Below are positions 10,945 through 26,300 of a stretch of 64,000 nt of DNA, one piece after another. A model generated the notes under the pieces. It was not told where the DNA came from, did not search any database, and saw nothing but the letters and a program-made list of their open reading frames with translations. The DNA comes from Auanema rhodensis (Eukaryota > Animalia > Nematoda). Location of the stretch: positions 2,976,001-3,040,000 of the forward strand of contig OZ059900.1 of the NCBI GenBank assembly GCA_964057225.1. The letters are read 5' to 3'. The position numbers were made by a program, and so were the translations under genes. Each line of letters starts with the position of its first letter. Position 1 is the stretch's first letter.

Positions 10945-13900
10945 GAAGCATAGTTTTTTTGTCTATGACAACAAAAGTCATTAGTTAAACACTAATGATG
11001 TTTAAATCACTAAATTTCGCTCAAATAGCATTACTACACTAAGTATGGTCGTTTTTATGCCTTTAACACCATATACTCACCGATTTTTGGTACAAAATCT
11101 GTAATACTCGTAAATTTTGATCATATTCGTTAAGATTTGAGAATCAAACATACAATACACAAAATCAGTCTATTTTTATGAGCTTGCACTGATATATATT
11201 CATTTTGATCAAAAAAGGTCGAAAATAGAAAGAATTTTTGAAATTTACGAGTTTTGAATCTAATTTGGCTAAATCGCTCATATATATGATCAAAAGCATA
11301 GTTTTACTGTCTATGATAACAAAAGTCTTCAAATATACACTAATAATGATTTAATCACTGAATTTCACTCAAATAGCATTACTACACTAAGTATGGTCGT
11401 TTTTATGCCTTTAACACCATATACTCACCGATTTTTGGTACAAAATCTGTGATACTCGTAAATTTTGATCATATTCGGTGAGATTCGAGAATCAAACACA
11501 CAATACACGAAATAAGTTTATTTTTACGAGTTTGCACTGATATTTATTCATTTTGATCAAAAAAGGTCGAAAATAGAAAGAATTTTTGAAATTTCCGAGT
11601 TTTGAGTCTAATTTGGCTAAATCGCTCATATATATGATCAAAAGCATAGTTTTATTGTCTATGACAACGAAAGTCATTAATTGAACACTAATGATGTTTA
11701 AATCACTAAATTTCGCTCAAATAGCATTACTACACTAAGTATGGTCGTTTTTATGCCTTTAACACCATATACTCACCGATTTTTGGTACAAAATCTGTAA
11801 TACTCGTAAATTTTGATCATATTCGGTGAGATTCGAGAATCAAACACACAATGCACGAAATAAGTTTATTTTGACGAGTTTGCACTGATATTTATTCATT
11901 TTGATCAAAAAAGGTCGAAAATAGAAAGAATTTTTGAATTTTCCGAGTTTTGAGTCCAATTGGGCTAAATCGCTCATATATATGATCAAAAGCATAGTTT
12001 TACTGTCTATGATAACAAAAGTCTTCAAATATACACTAATGATGTGTAAATCACTGAATTTCACTCAAATAGCTTTACTACACTAAGTATGGTCGTTTTT
12101 ATGCCTTTAACACCATATACTCACCGATTTTTGGTACAAAATCTGTAATACTCGTAAATTTTGATCATATTCGTTAAGATTTGAGAATCAAACATACAAT
12201 ACACAAAATCAGTCTATTTTTATGAGCTTGCACTGATATATATTCATTTTGATCAAAAAAGGTCGAAAATAGAAAGAATTTTTGAATTTTCCGAGTTTTG
12301 AGTCCAATTGGGCTAAATCGCTCATATATATGATCAAAAGCATAGTTTTACTGTCTATGATAACAAAAGTCTTCAAATATACACTAATGATGTGTAAATC
12401 ACTGAATTTCACTCAAATAGCTTTACTACACTAAGTATGGTCGTTTTTATGCCTTTAACACCATATACTCACCGATTTTTGGTACAAAATCTGTGATACT
12501 CGTAAATTTTGATCATATTCGGTGAGATTCGAGAATCAAACACACAATACACGAAATAAGTTTATTTTTACGAGTTTGCACTGATATTTATTCATTTTGA
12601 TCAAAAAAGGTCGAAAATAGAAAGAATTTTTGAAATTTCCGAGTTTTGAGTCTAATTTGGCTAAATCGCTCATATATATGATCAAAAGCATAGTTTTATT
12701 GTCTATGACAACAAAAGTCATCAATTAAACGCTAGTGATGTTTAAATACTGAATTTCGCTCAAATAGCAATACTACACTAAGTATGGTCGTTTTTATGCC
12801 TTTAACACCATATACTCACCGATTTTTGGTACAAAATCTGTAATACTCGTAAATTTTGATCATATTCGTTAAGATTTGAGAATCAAACATACAATACACA
12901 AAATCAGTCTATTTTTATGAGCTTGCACTGATATATATTCATTTTGATCAAAAAAGGTCGAAAATAGGAAGAATTTTTGAAATTTACGAGTTTTGAGTCT
13001 AATTTGGCTAAATCGCTCATATATATGATCAGAAGCATAGTTTTATTGTCTATGACAACGAAAGTCATTAATTGAACACTAATGATGTTTAAATCACTAA
13101 ATTTCGCTCAAATAGCATTACTACACTAAGTATGGTCGTTTTTATGCCTTTAACACCATATACTCTCCGATTTTTGGTACAAAATCTGTAATACTCGTAA
13201 ATTTTGATCATATTCGGTGAGATTCGAGAATCAAACACACAATGCACGAAATAAGTTTATTTTGACGATTTTGCACTGATATTTATTCATTTTGATCAAA
13301 AAAGGTCGAAAATAGAAAGAATTTTTGAATTTTCCGAGTTTTGAGTCCAATTGGGCTAAATCGCTCATATATATGATCAAAAGCATAGTTTTACTGTCTA
13401 TGATAACAAAAGTCTTCAAATATACACTAATGATGTGTAAATCACTGAATTTCACTCAAATAGCTTTACTACACTAAGTATGGTCGTTTTTATGCCTTTA
13501 ACACCATATACTCACCGATTTTTGGTACAAAATCTGTAATACTCGTAAATTTTGATCATATTCGTTAAGATTTGAGAATCAAACATACAATACACAAAAT
13601 CAGTCTATTTTTATGAGCTTGCACTGATATATATTCATTTTGATCAAAAAAGGTCGAAAATAGAAAGAATTTTTGAAATTTCCGAGTTTTGAGTCTAATT
13701 TGGCTAAATCGCTCATATATATGATCAAAAGCATAGTTTTACTGTCTATGATAACAAAAGTCTTCAAATATACACTAATAATGTGTAAATCACTGAATTT
13801 CACTCAAATAGCTTTACTACACTAAGTGTGGTCGTTTTTATGCCTTTAACACCATATACTCAACGATTTTTGGTACAAAATCTGTAATACTCGTAAATTT

Positions 13901-14260
13901 TGATCATATTCGTTAAGATTTGAGAATCAAACATACAATACACAAAATCAGTCTATTTTTATGAGCTTGCACTGATATATATTCATTTTGATCAAAAAAG
14001 GTCGAAAATAGAAAGAATTTTTGAAATTTCCGAGTTTTGGGTCTAATTTGGCTAAATCGCTCATATACATGATCAGAAGCATAGTTTTATTGTCTATGAC
14101 AACAAAAGTCATCAATTAAACGCTAGTGATGTTTAAATACTGATTTTCGCTCAAATAGCATTACTACACTAAGTATGGTCGTTTTTATGCCTTTAACACC
14201 ATATACTCACCGATTTTTGGTACAAAATCTGTGATACTCGTAAATTTTGATCATATTCGG

Positions 14261-17200
14261 TGAGATTCGAGAATCAAACACACAATACACGAAATAAGTT
14301 TATTTTTACGAGTTTGCACTGATATTTATTCATTTTGATCAAAAAAGGTCGAAAATAGAAAGAATTTTTGAAATTTCCGAGTTTTGAGTCTAATTTGGCT
14401 AAATCGCTCATATATATGATCAAAAGCATAGTTTTACTGTCTATGATAACAAAAGTCTTCAAATATACACTAATAATGTGTAAATCACTGAATTTCACTC
14501 AAATAGCATTACTACACTAAGTATGGTCGTTTTTATGCCTTTAACACCATATACTCACCGATTTTTGGTACAAAATCTGTGATACTCGTAAATTTTGATC
14601 ATATTCGGTGAGATTCGAGAATCAAACACACAATACACGAAATAAGTTTATTTTTACGAGTTTGCACTGATATTTATTCATTTTGATCAAAAAAGGTCGA
14701 AAATAGAAAGAATTTTTGAAATTTCCGAGTTTTGAGTCTAATTTGGCTAAATCGCTCATATATATGATCAAAAGCATAGTTTTATTGTCTATGACAACAA
14801 AAGTCATCAATTAAACGCTAGTGATGTTTAAATACTGATTTTCGCTCAAATAGCATTACTACACTAAGTATGGTCGTTTTTATGCCTTTAACACCATATA
14901 CTCACCGATTTTTGGTACAAAATCTGTGATACTCGTAAATTTTGATCATATTCGGTGAGATTCGAGAATCAAACACACAATGCACGAAATAAGTTTATTT
15001 TGACGAGTTTGCACTGATATTTATTCATTTTGATCAAAAAAGGTCGAAAATAGAAAGAATTTTTGAATTTTCCGAGTTTTGAGTCCAATTGGGCTAAATC
15101 GCTCATATATATGATCAAAAGCATAGTTTTACTGTCTATGATAACAAAAGTCTTCAAATATACACTAATAATGTGTAAATCACTGAATTTCACTCAAATA
15201 GCTTTACTACACTAAGTGTGGTCGTTTTTATGCCTTTAACACCATATACTCAACGATTTTTGGTACAAAATCTGTAATACTCGTAAATTTTGATCATATT
15301 CGTTAAGATTTGAGAATCAAACATACAATACACAAAATCAGTCTATTTTTATGAGCTTGCACTGATATATATTCATTTTGATCAAAAAAGGTCGAAAATA
15401 GAAAGAATTTTTGAAATTTCCGAGTTTTGAGTCTAATTTGGCTAAATCGCTCATATATATGATCAAAAGCATAGTTTTACTGTCTATGATAACAAAAGTC
15501 TTCAAATATACACTAATGATGTGTAAATCACTGAATTTCACTCAAATAGCTTTACTACACTAAGTATGGTCGTTTTTATGCCTTTAACACCATATACTCA
15601 CCGATTTTTGGTACAAAATCTGTGATACTCGTAAATTTTGATCATATTCGGTGAGATTCGAGAATCAAACACACAATACACGAAATAAGTTTATTTTTAC
15701 GAGTTTGCACTGATATTTATTCATTTTGATCAAAAAAGGTCGAAAATAGAAAGAATTTTTGAAATTTCCGAGTTTTGAGTCTAATTTGGCTAAATCGCTC
15801 ATATATATGATCAAAAGCATAGTTTTACTGTCTATGATAACAAAAGTCTTCAAATATACACTAATAATGTGTAAATCACTGAATTTCACTCAAATAGCAT
15901 TACTACACTAAGTATGGTCGTTTTTATGCCTTTAACACCATATACTCACCGATTTTTGGTACAAAATCTGTGATACTCGTAAATTTTGATCATATTCGGT
16001 GAGATTCGAGAATCAAACACACAATACACGAAATAAGTTTATTTTTACGAGTTTGCACTGATATTTATTCATTTTGATCAAAAAAGGTCGAAAATAGAAA
16101 GAATTTTTGAAATTTCCGAGTTTTGAGTCTAATTTGGCTAAATCGCTCATATATATGATCAAAAGCATAGTTTTATTGTCTATGACAACAAAAGTCATCA
16201 ATTAAACGCTAGTGATGTTTAAATACTGATTTTCGCTCAAATAGCATTACTACACTAAGTATGGTCGTTTTTATGCCTTTAACACCATATACTCACCGAT
16301 TTTTGGTACAAAATCTGTGATACTCGTAAATTTTGATCATATTCGGTGAGATTCGAGAATCAAACACACAATGCACGAAATAAGTTTATTTTGACGAGTT
16401 TGCACTGATATTTATTCATTTTGATCAAAAAAGGTCGAAAATAGAAAGAATTTTTGAATTTTCCGAGTTTTGAGTCCAATTGGGCTAAATCGCTCATATA
16501 TATGATCAAAAGCATAGTTTTACTGTCTATGATAACAAAAGTCTTCAAATATACACTAATAATGTGTAAATCACTGAATTTCACTCAAATAGCTTTACTA
16601 CACTAAGTGTGGTCGTTTTTATGCCTTTAACACCATATACTCAACGATTTTTGGTACAAAATCTGTAATACTCGTAAATTTTGATCATATTCGTTAAGAT
16701 TTGAGAATCAAACATACAATACACAAAATCAGTCTATTTTTATGAGCTTGCACTGATATATATTCATTTTGATCAAAAAAGGTCGAAAATAGAAAGAATT
16801 TTTGAAATTTCCGAGTTTTGAGTCTAATTTGGCTAAATCGCTCATATATATGATCAAAAGCATAGTTTTACTGTCTATGATAACAAAAGTCTTCAAATAT
16901 ACACTAATGATGTGTAAATCACTGAATTTCACTCAAATAGCTTTACTACACTAAGTATGGTCGTTTTTATGCCTTTAACACCATATACTCACCGATTTTT
17001 GGTACAAAATCTGTGATACTCGTAAATTTTGATCATATTCGGTGAGATTCGAGAATCAAACACACAATACACGAAATAAGTTTATTTTTACGAGTTTGCA
17101 CTGATATTTATTCATTTTGATCAAAAAAGGTCGAAAATAGAAAGAATTTTTGAAATTTCCGAGTTTTGAGTCTAATTTGGCTAAATCGCTCATATATATG

Positions 17201-17390
17201 ATCAAAAGCATAGTTTTACTGTCTATGATAACAAAAGTCTTCAAATATACACTAATAATGTGTAAATCACTGAATTTCACTCAAATAGCATTACTACACT
17301 AAGTATGGTCGTTTTTATGCCTTTAACACCATATACTCACCGATTTTTGGTACAAAATCTGTGATACTCGTAAATTTTGATCATATTCGG
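14261..17390. repeat. Local 4-monomer higher-order repeat (1391 bp)
   Basis: Anchors 14274->15665->17056, 14969->16360 and 15338->16729 all differ by 1391. This is the 5-mer minus its Ta monomer. Confidence 0.85.
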
Positions 17391-20300
17391 TGAGATTCCA
17401 GAATCAAACACACAATACACGAAATAAGTTTATTTTTACGAGTTTGCACTGATATTTATTCATTTTGATCAAAAAAGGTCGAAAATAGAAAGAATTTTTG
17501 AAATTTCCGAGTTTTGAGTCTAATTTGGCTAAATCGCTCATATATATGATCAAAAGCATAGTTTTATTGTCTATGACAACAAAAGTCATCAATTAAACGC
17601 TAGTGATGTTTAAATACTGAATTTCGCTCAAATAGCAATACTACACTAAGTATGGTCGTTTTTATGCCTTTAACACCATATACTCACCGATTTTTGGTAC
17701 AAAATCTGTAATACTCGTAAATTTTGATCATATTCGTTAAGATTTGAGAATCAAACATACAATACACAAAATCAGTCTATTTTTATGAGCTTGCACTGAT
17801 ATATATTCATTTTGATCAAAAAAGGTCGAAAATAGAAAGAATTTTTGAAATTTACGAGTTTTGAGTCTAATTTGGCTAAATCGCTCATATATATGATCAG
17901 AAGCATAGTTTTATTGTCTATGACAACGAAAGTCATTAATTGAACACTAATGATGTTTAAATCACTAAATTTCGCTCAAATAGCATTACTACACTAAGTA
18001 TGGTCGTTTTTATGCCTTTAACACCATATACTCACCGATTTTTGGTACAAAATCTGTAATACTCGTAAATTTTGATCATATTCGGTGAGATTCGAGAATC
18101 AAACACACAATGCACGAAATAAGTTTATTTTGACGAGTTTGCACTGATATTTATTCATTTTGATCAAAAAAGGTCGAAAATAGAAAGAATTTTTGAATTT
18201 TCCGAGTTTTGAGTCCAATTGGGCTAAATCGCTCATATATATGATCAAAAGCATAGTTTTACTGTCTATGATAACAAAAGTCTTCAAATATACACTAATG
18301 ATGTGTAAATCACTGAATTTCACTCAAATAGCTTTACCACACTAAGTATGGTCGTTTTTATGCCTTTAACACCATATACTCACCGATTTTTGGTACAAAA
18401 TCTGTAATACTCGTAAATTTTGATCATATTCGTTAAGATTTGAGAATCAAACATACAATACACAAAATCAGTCTATTTTTATGAGCTTGCACTGATATAT
18501 ATTCATTTTGATCAAAAAAGGTCGAAAATAGAAAGAATTTTTGAAATTTCCGAGTTTTGAGTCTAATTTGGCTAAATCGCTCATATATATGATCAAAAGC
18601 ATAGTTTTACTGTCTATGATAACAAAAGTCTTCAAATATACACTAATAATGTGTAAATCACTGAATTTCACTCAAATAGCTTTACTACACTAAGTGTGGT
18701 CGTTTTTATGCCTTTAACACCATATACTCAACGATTTTTGGTACAAAATCTGTAATACTCGTAAATTTTGATCATATTCGTTAAGATTTGAGAATCAAAC
18801 ATACAATACACAAAATCAGTCTATTTTTATGAGCTTGCACTGATATATATTCATTTTGATCAAAAAAGGTCGAAAATAGAAAGAATTTTTGAAATTTCCG
18901 AGTTTTGAGTCTAATTTGGCTAAATCGCTCATATATATGATCAAAAGCATAGTTTTACTGTCTATGATAACAAAAGTCTTCAAATATACACTAATGATGT
19001 GTAAATCACTGAATTTCACTCAAATAGCTTTACTACACTAAGTATGGTCGTTTTTATGCCTTTAACACCATATACTCACCGATTTTTGGTACAAAATCTG
19101 TGATACTCGTAAATTTTGATCATATTCGGTGAGATTCGAGAATCAAACACACAATACACGAAATAAGTTTATTTTTACGAGTTTGCACTGATATTTATTC
19201 ATTTTGATCAAAAAAGGTCGAAAATAGAAAGAATTTTTGAAATTTCCGAGTTTTGAGTCTAATTTGGCTAAATCGCTCATATATATGATCAAAAGCATAG
19301 TTTTACTGTCTATGATAACAAAAGTCTTCAAATATACACTAATAATGTGTAAATCACTGAATTTCACTCAAATAGCATTACTACACTAAGTATGGTCGTT
19401 TTTATGCCTTTAACACCATATACTCACCGATTTTTGGTACAAAATCTGTGATACTCGTAAATTTTGATCATATTCGGTGAGATTCCAGAATCAAACACAC
19501 AATACACGAAATAAGTTTATTTTTACGAGTTTGCACTGATATTTATTCATTTTGATCAAAAAAGGTCGAAAATAGAAAGAATTTTTGAAATTTCCGAGTT
19601 TTGAGTCTAATTTGGCTAAATCGCTCATATATATGATCAAAAGCATAGTTTTATTGTCTATGACAACAAAAGTCATCAATTAAACGCTAGTGATGTTTAA
19701 ATACTGAATTTCGCTCAAATAGCAATACTACACTAAGTATGGTCGTTTTTATGCCTTTAACACCATATACTCACCGATTTTTGGTACAAAATCTGTAATA
19801 CTCGTAAATTTTGATCATATTCGTTAAGATTTGAGAATCAAACATACAATACACAAAATCAGTCTATTTTTATGAGCTTGCACTGATATATATTCATTTT
19901 GATCAAAAAAGGTCGAAAATAGAAAGAATTTTTGAAATTTACGAGTTTTGAGTCTAATTTGGCTAAATCGCTCATATATATGATCAGAAGCATAGTTTTA
20001 TTGTCTATGACAACGAAAGTCATTAATTGAACACTAATGATGTTTAAATCACTAAATTTCGCTCAAATAGCATTACTACACTAAGTATGGTCGTTTTTAT
20101 GCCTTTAACACCATATACTCACCGATTTTTGGTACAAAATCTGTAATACTCGTAAATTTTGATCATATTCGGTGAGATTCGAGAATCAAACACACAATGC
20201 ACGAAATAAGTTTATTTTGACGAGTTTGCACTGATATTTATTCATTTTGATCAAAAAAGGTCGAAAATAGAAAGAATTTTTGAATTTTCCGAGTTTTGAG

Positions 20301-23300
20301 TCCAATTGGGCTAAATCGCTCATATATATGATCAAAAGCATAGTTTTACTGTCTATGATAACAAAAGTCTTCAAATATACACTAATGATGTGTAAATCAC
20401 TGAATTTCACTCAAATAGCTTTACCACACTAAGTATGGTCGTTTTTATGCCTTTAACACCATATACTCACCGATTTTTGGTACAAAATCTGTAATACTCG
20501 TAAATTTTGATCATATTCGTTAAGATTTGAGAATCAAACATACAATACACAAAATCAGTCTATTTTTATGAGCTTGCACTGATATATATTCATTTTGATC
20601 AAAAAAGGTCGAAAATAGAAAGAATTTTTGAAATTTCCGAGTTTTGAGTCTAATTTGGCTAAATCGCTCATATATATGATCAAAAGCATAGTTTTACTGT
20701 CTATGATAACAAAAGTCTTCAAATATACACTAATAATGTGTAAATCACTGAATTTCACTCAAATAGCTTTACTACACTAAGTGTGGTCGTTTTTATGCCT
20801 TTAACACCATATACTCAACGATTTTTGGTACAAAATCTGTAATACTCGTAAATTTTGATCATATTCGTTAAGATTTGAGAATCAAACATACAATACACAA
20901 AATCAGTCTATTTTTATGAGCTTGCACTGATATATATTCATTTTGATCAAAAAAGGTCGAAAATAGAAAGAATTTTTGAAATTTCCGAGTTTTGAGTCTA
21001 ATTTGGCTAAATCGCTCATATACATGATCAGAAGCATAGTTTTATTGTCTATGACAACAAAAGTCATCAATTAAACGCTAGTGATGTTTAAATACTGATT
21101 TTCGCTCAAATAGCATTACTACACTAAGTATGGTCGTTTTTATGCCTTTAACACCATATACTCACCGATTTTTGGTACAAAATCTGTGATACTCGTAAAT
21201 TTTGATCATATTCGGTGAGATTCGAGAATCAAACACACAATACACGAAATAAGTTTATTTTTACGAGTTTGCACTGATATTTATTCATTTTGATCAAAAA
21301 AGGTCGAAAATAGAAAGAATTTTTGAAATTTCCGAGTTTTGAGTCTAATTTGGCTAAATCGCTCATATATATGATCAAAAGCATAGTTTTACTGTCTATG
21401 ATAACAAAAGTCTTCAAATATACACTAATAATGTGTAAATCACTGAATTTCACTCAAATAGCATTACTACACTAAGTATGGTCGTTTTTATGCCTTTAAC
21501 ACCATATACTCACCGATTTTTGGTACAAAATCTGTGATACTCGTAAATTTTGATCATATTCGGTGAGATTCGAGAATCAAACACACAATACACGAAATAA
21601 GTTTATTTTTACGAGTTTGCACTGATATTTATTCATTTTGATCAAAAAAGGTCGAAAATAGAAAGAATTTTTGAAATTTCCGAGTTTTGAGTCTAATTTG
21701 GCTAAATCGCTCATATATATGATCAAAAGCATAGTTTTATTGTCTATGACAACAAAAGTCATCAATTAAACGCTAGTGATGTTTAAATACTGATTTTCGC
21801 TCAAATAGCATTACTACACTAAGTATGGTCGTTTTTATGCCTTTAACACCATATACTCACCGATTTTTGGTACAAAATCTGTGATACTCGTAAATTTTGA
21901 TCATATTCGGTGAGATTCGAGAATCAAACACACAATGCACGAAATAAGTTTATTTTGACGAGTTTGCACTGATATTTATTCATTTTGATCAAAAAAGGTC
22001 GAAAATAGAAAGAATTTTTGAATTTTCCGAGTTTTGAGTCCAATTGGGCTAAATCGCTCATATATATGATCAAAAGCATAGTTTTACTGTCTATGATAAC
22101 AAAAGTCTTCAAATATACACTAATAATGTGTAAATCACTGAATTTCACTCAAATAGCTTTACTACACTAAGTGTGGTCGTTTTTATGCCTTTAACACCAT
22201 ATACTCAACGATTTTTGGTACAAAATCTGTAATACTCGTAAATTTTGATCATATTCGTTAAGATTTGAGAATCAAACATACAATACACAAAATCAGTCTA
22301 TTTTTATGAGCTTGCACTGATATATATTCATTTTGATCAAAAAAGGTCGAAAATAGAAAGAATTTTTGAAATTTCCGAGTTTTGAGTCTAATTTGGCTAA
22401 ATCGCTCATATACATGATCAGAAGCATAGTTTTATTGTCTATGACAACAAAAGTCATAAATTAAACGCTAGTGATGTTTAAATACTGATTTTCGCTCAAA
22501 TAGCATTACTACACTAAGTATGGTCGTTTTTATGCCTTTAACACCATATACTCACCGATTTTTGGTACAAAATCTGTGATACTCGTAAATTTTGATCATA
22601 TTCGGTGAGATTCGAGAATCAAACACACAATACACGAAATAAGTTTATTTTTACGAGTTTGCACTGATATTTATTCATTTTGATCAAAAAAGGTCGAAAA
22701 TAGAAAGAATTTTCGAAATTTCCGAGTTTTGAGTCTAATTTGGCTAAATCGCTCATATATATGATCAAAAGCATAGTTTTACTGTCTATGATAACAAAAG
22801 TCTTCAAATATACACTAATAATGTGTAAATCACTGAATTTCACTCAAATAGCATTACTACACTAAGTATGGTCGTTTTTATGCCTTTAACACCATATACT
22901 CACCGATTTTTGGTACAAAATCTGTGATACTCGTAAATTTTGATCATATTCGGTGAGATTCGAGAATCAAACACACAATACACGAAATAAGTTTATTTTT
23001 ACGAGTTTGCACTGATATTTATTCATTTTGATCAAAAAAGGTCGAAAATAGAAAGAATTTTTGAAATTTCCGAGTTTTGAGTCTAATTTGGCTAAATCGC
23101 TCATATATATGATCAAAAGCATAGTTTTATTGTCTATGACAACAAAAGTCATCAATTAAACGCTAGTGATGTTTAAATACTGATTTTCGCTCAAATAGCA
23201 TTACTACACTAAGTATGGTCGTTTTTATGCCTTTAACACCATATACTCACCGATTTTTGGTACAAAATCTGTAATACTCGTAAATTTTGATCATATTCGG

Positions 23301-26300
23301 TGAGATTCGAGAATCAAACACATAATGCACGAAATAAGTTTATTTTGACGAGTTTGCACTGATATTTATTCATTTTGATCAAAAAAGGTCGAAAATAGAA
23401 AGAATTTTTGAATTTTCCGAGTTTTGAGTCCAATTGGGCTAAATCGCTCATATATATGATCAAAAGCATAGTTTTACTGTCTATGATAACAAAAGTCTTC
23501 AAATATACACTAATGATGTGTAAATCACTGAATTTCACTCAAATAGCTTTACTACACTAAGTATGGTCGTTTTTATGCCTTTAACACCATATACTCACCG
23601 ATTTTTGGTACAAAATCTGTAATACTCGTAAATTTTGATCATATTCGGTGAGATTCGAGAATCAAACACACAATGCACGAAACAAGTTTATTTTGACGAG
23701 TTTGCACTGATATTTATTCATTTTGATCAAAAAAGGTCGAAAATAGAAAGAATTTTTGAATTTTCCGAGTTTTGAGTCCAATTGGGCTAAATCGCTCATA
23801 TATATGATCAAAAGCATAGTTTTACTGTCTATGATAACAAAAGTCTTCAAATATACACTAATGATGTGTAAATCACTGAATTTCACTCAAATAGCTTTAC
23901 TACACTAAGTATGGTCGTTTTTATGCCTTTAACACCATATACTCACCGATTTTTGGTACAAAATCTGTAATACTCGTAAATTTTGATCATATTCGTTAAG
24001 ATTTGAGAATCAAACATACAATACACAAAATCAGTCTATTTTTATGAGCTTGCACTGATATATATTCATTTTGATCAAAAAAGGTCGAAAATAGAAAGAA
24101 TTTTTGAAATTTACGAGTTTTGAGTCTAATTTGGCTAAATCGCTCATATATATGATCAGAAGCATAGTTTTTTTGTCTATGACAACAAAAGTCATTAGTT
24201 AAACACTAATGATGTTTAAATCACTAAATTTCGCTCAAATAGCATTACTACACTAAGTATGGTCGTTTTTATGCCTTTAACACCATATACTCACCGATTT
24301 TTGGTACAAAATCTGTAATACTCGTAAATTTTGATCATATTCGTTAAGATTTGAGAATCAAACATACAATACACAAAATCAGTCTATTTTTATGAGCTCG
24401 CACTGATATATATTCATTTTGATCAAAAAAGGTCGAAAATAGAAAGAATTTTTGAAATTTACGAGTTTTGAATCTAATTTGGCTAAATCGCTCATATATA
24501 TGATCAAAAGCATAGTTTTACTGTCTATGATAACAAAAGTCTTCAAATATACACTAATAATGATTTAATCACTGAATTTCACTCAAATAGCATTACTACA
24601 CTAAGTATGGTCGTTTTTATGCCTTTAACACCATATACTCACCGATTTTTGGTACAAAATCTGTGATACTCGTAAATTTTGATCATATTCGGTGAGATTC
24701 GAGAATCAAACACACAATACACGAAATAAGTTTATTTTTACGAGTTTGCACTGATATTTATTCATTTTGATCAAAAAAGGTCGAAAATAGAAAGAATTTT
24801 TGAAATTTCCGAGTTTTGAGTCTAATTTGGCTAAATCGCTCATATATATGATCAAAAGCATAGTTTTACTGTCTATGATAACAAAAGTCTTCAAATATAC
24901 ACTAATAATGTGTAAATCACTGAATTTCACTCAAATAGCATTACTACACTAAGTATGGTCGTTTTTATGCCTTTAACACCATATACTCACCGATTTTTGG
25001 TACAAAATCTGTGATACTCGTAAATTTTGATCATATTCGTTAAGATTTGAGAATCAAACATACAATACACAAAATCAGTCTATTTTTATGAGCTCGCACT
25101 GATATATATTCATTTTGATCAAAAAAGGTCGAAAATAGAAAGAATTTTTGAAATTTCCGAGTTTTGAGTCTAATTTGGCTAAATCGCTCATATATATGAT
25201 CAAAAGCATAGTTTTATTGTCTATGACAACAAAAGTCATCAATTAAACGCTAGTGATGTTTAAATACTGATTTTCGCTCAAATAGCATTACTACACTAAG
25301 TATGGTCGTTTTTATGCCTTTAACACCATATACTCACCGATTTTTGGTACAAAATCTGTGATACTCGTAAATTTTGATCATATTCGGTGAGATTCGAGAA
25401 TCAAACACACAATGCACGAAATAAGTTTATTTTGACGAGTTTGCACTGATATTTATTCATTTTGATCAAAAAAGGTCGAAAATAGAAAGAATTTTTGAAT
25501 TTTCCGAGTTTTGAGTCCAATTGGGCTAAATCGCTCATATATATGATCAAAAGCATAGTTTTACTGTCTATGATAACAAAAGTCTTCAAATATACACTAA
25601 TGATGTGTAAATCACTGAATTTCACTCAAATAGCTTTACTACACTAAGTATGGTCGTTTTTATGCCTTTAACACCATATACTCACCGATTTTTGGTACAA
25701 AATCTGTAATACTCGTAAATTTTGATCATATTCGGTGAGATTCGAGAATCAAACACACAATGCACGAAACAAGTTTATTTTGACGAGTTTGCACTGATAT
25801 TTATTCATTTTGATCAAAAAAGGTCGAAAATAGAAAGAATTTTTGAATTTTCCGAGTTTTGAGTCCAATTGGGCTAAATCGCTCATATATATGATCAAAA
25901 GCATAGTTTTACTGTCTATGATAACAAAAGTCTTCAAATATACACTAATGATGTGTAAATCACTGAATTTCACTCAAATAGCTTTACTACACTAAGTATG
26001 GTCGTTTTTATGCCTTTAACACCATATACTCACCGATTTTTGGTACAAAATCTGTAATACTCGTAAATTTTGATCATATTCGTTAAGATTTGAGAATCAA
26101 ACATACAATACACAAAATCAGTCTATTTTTATGAGCTTGCACTGATATATATTCATTTTGATCAAAAAAGGTCGAAAATAGAAAGAATTTTTGAAATTTA
26201 CGAGTTTTGAGTCTAATTTGGCTAAATCGCTCATATATATGATCAGAAGCATAGTTTTTTTGTCTATGACAACAAAAGTCATTAGTTAAACACTAATGAT

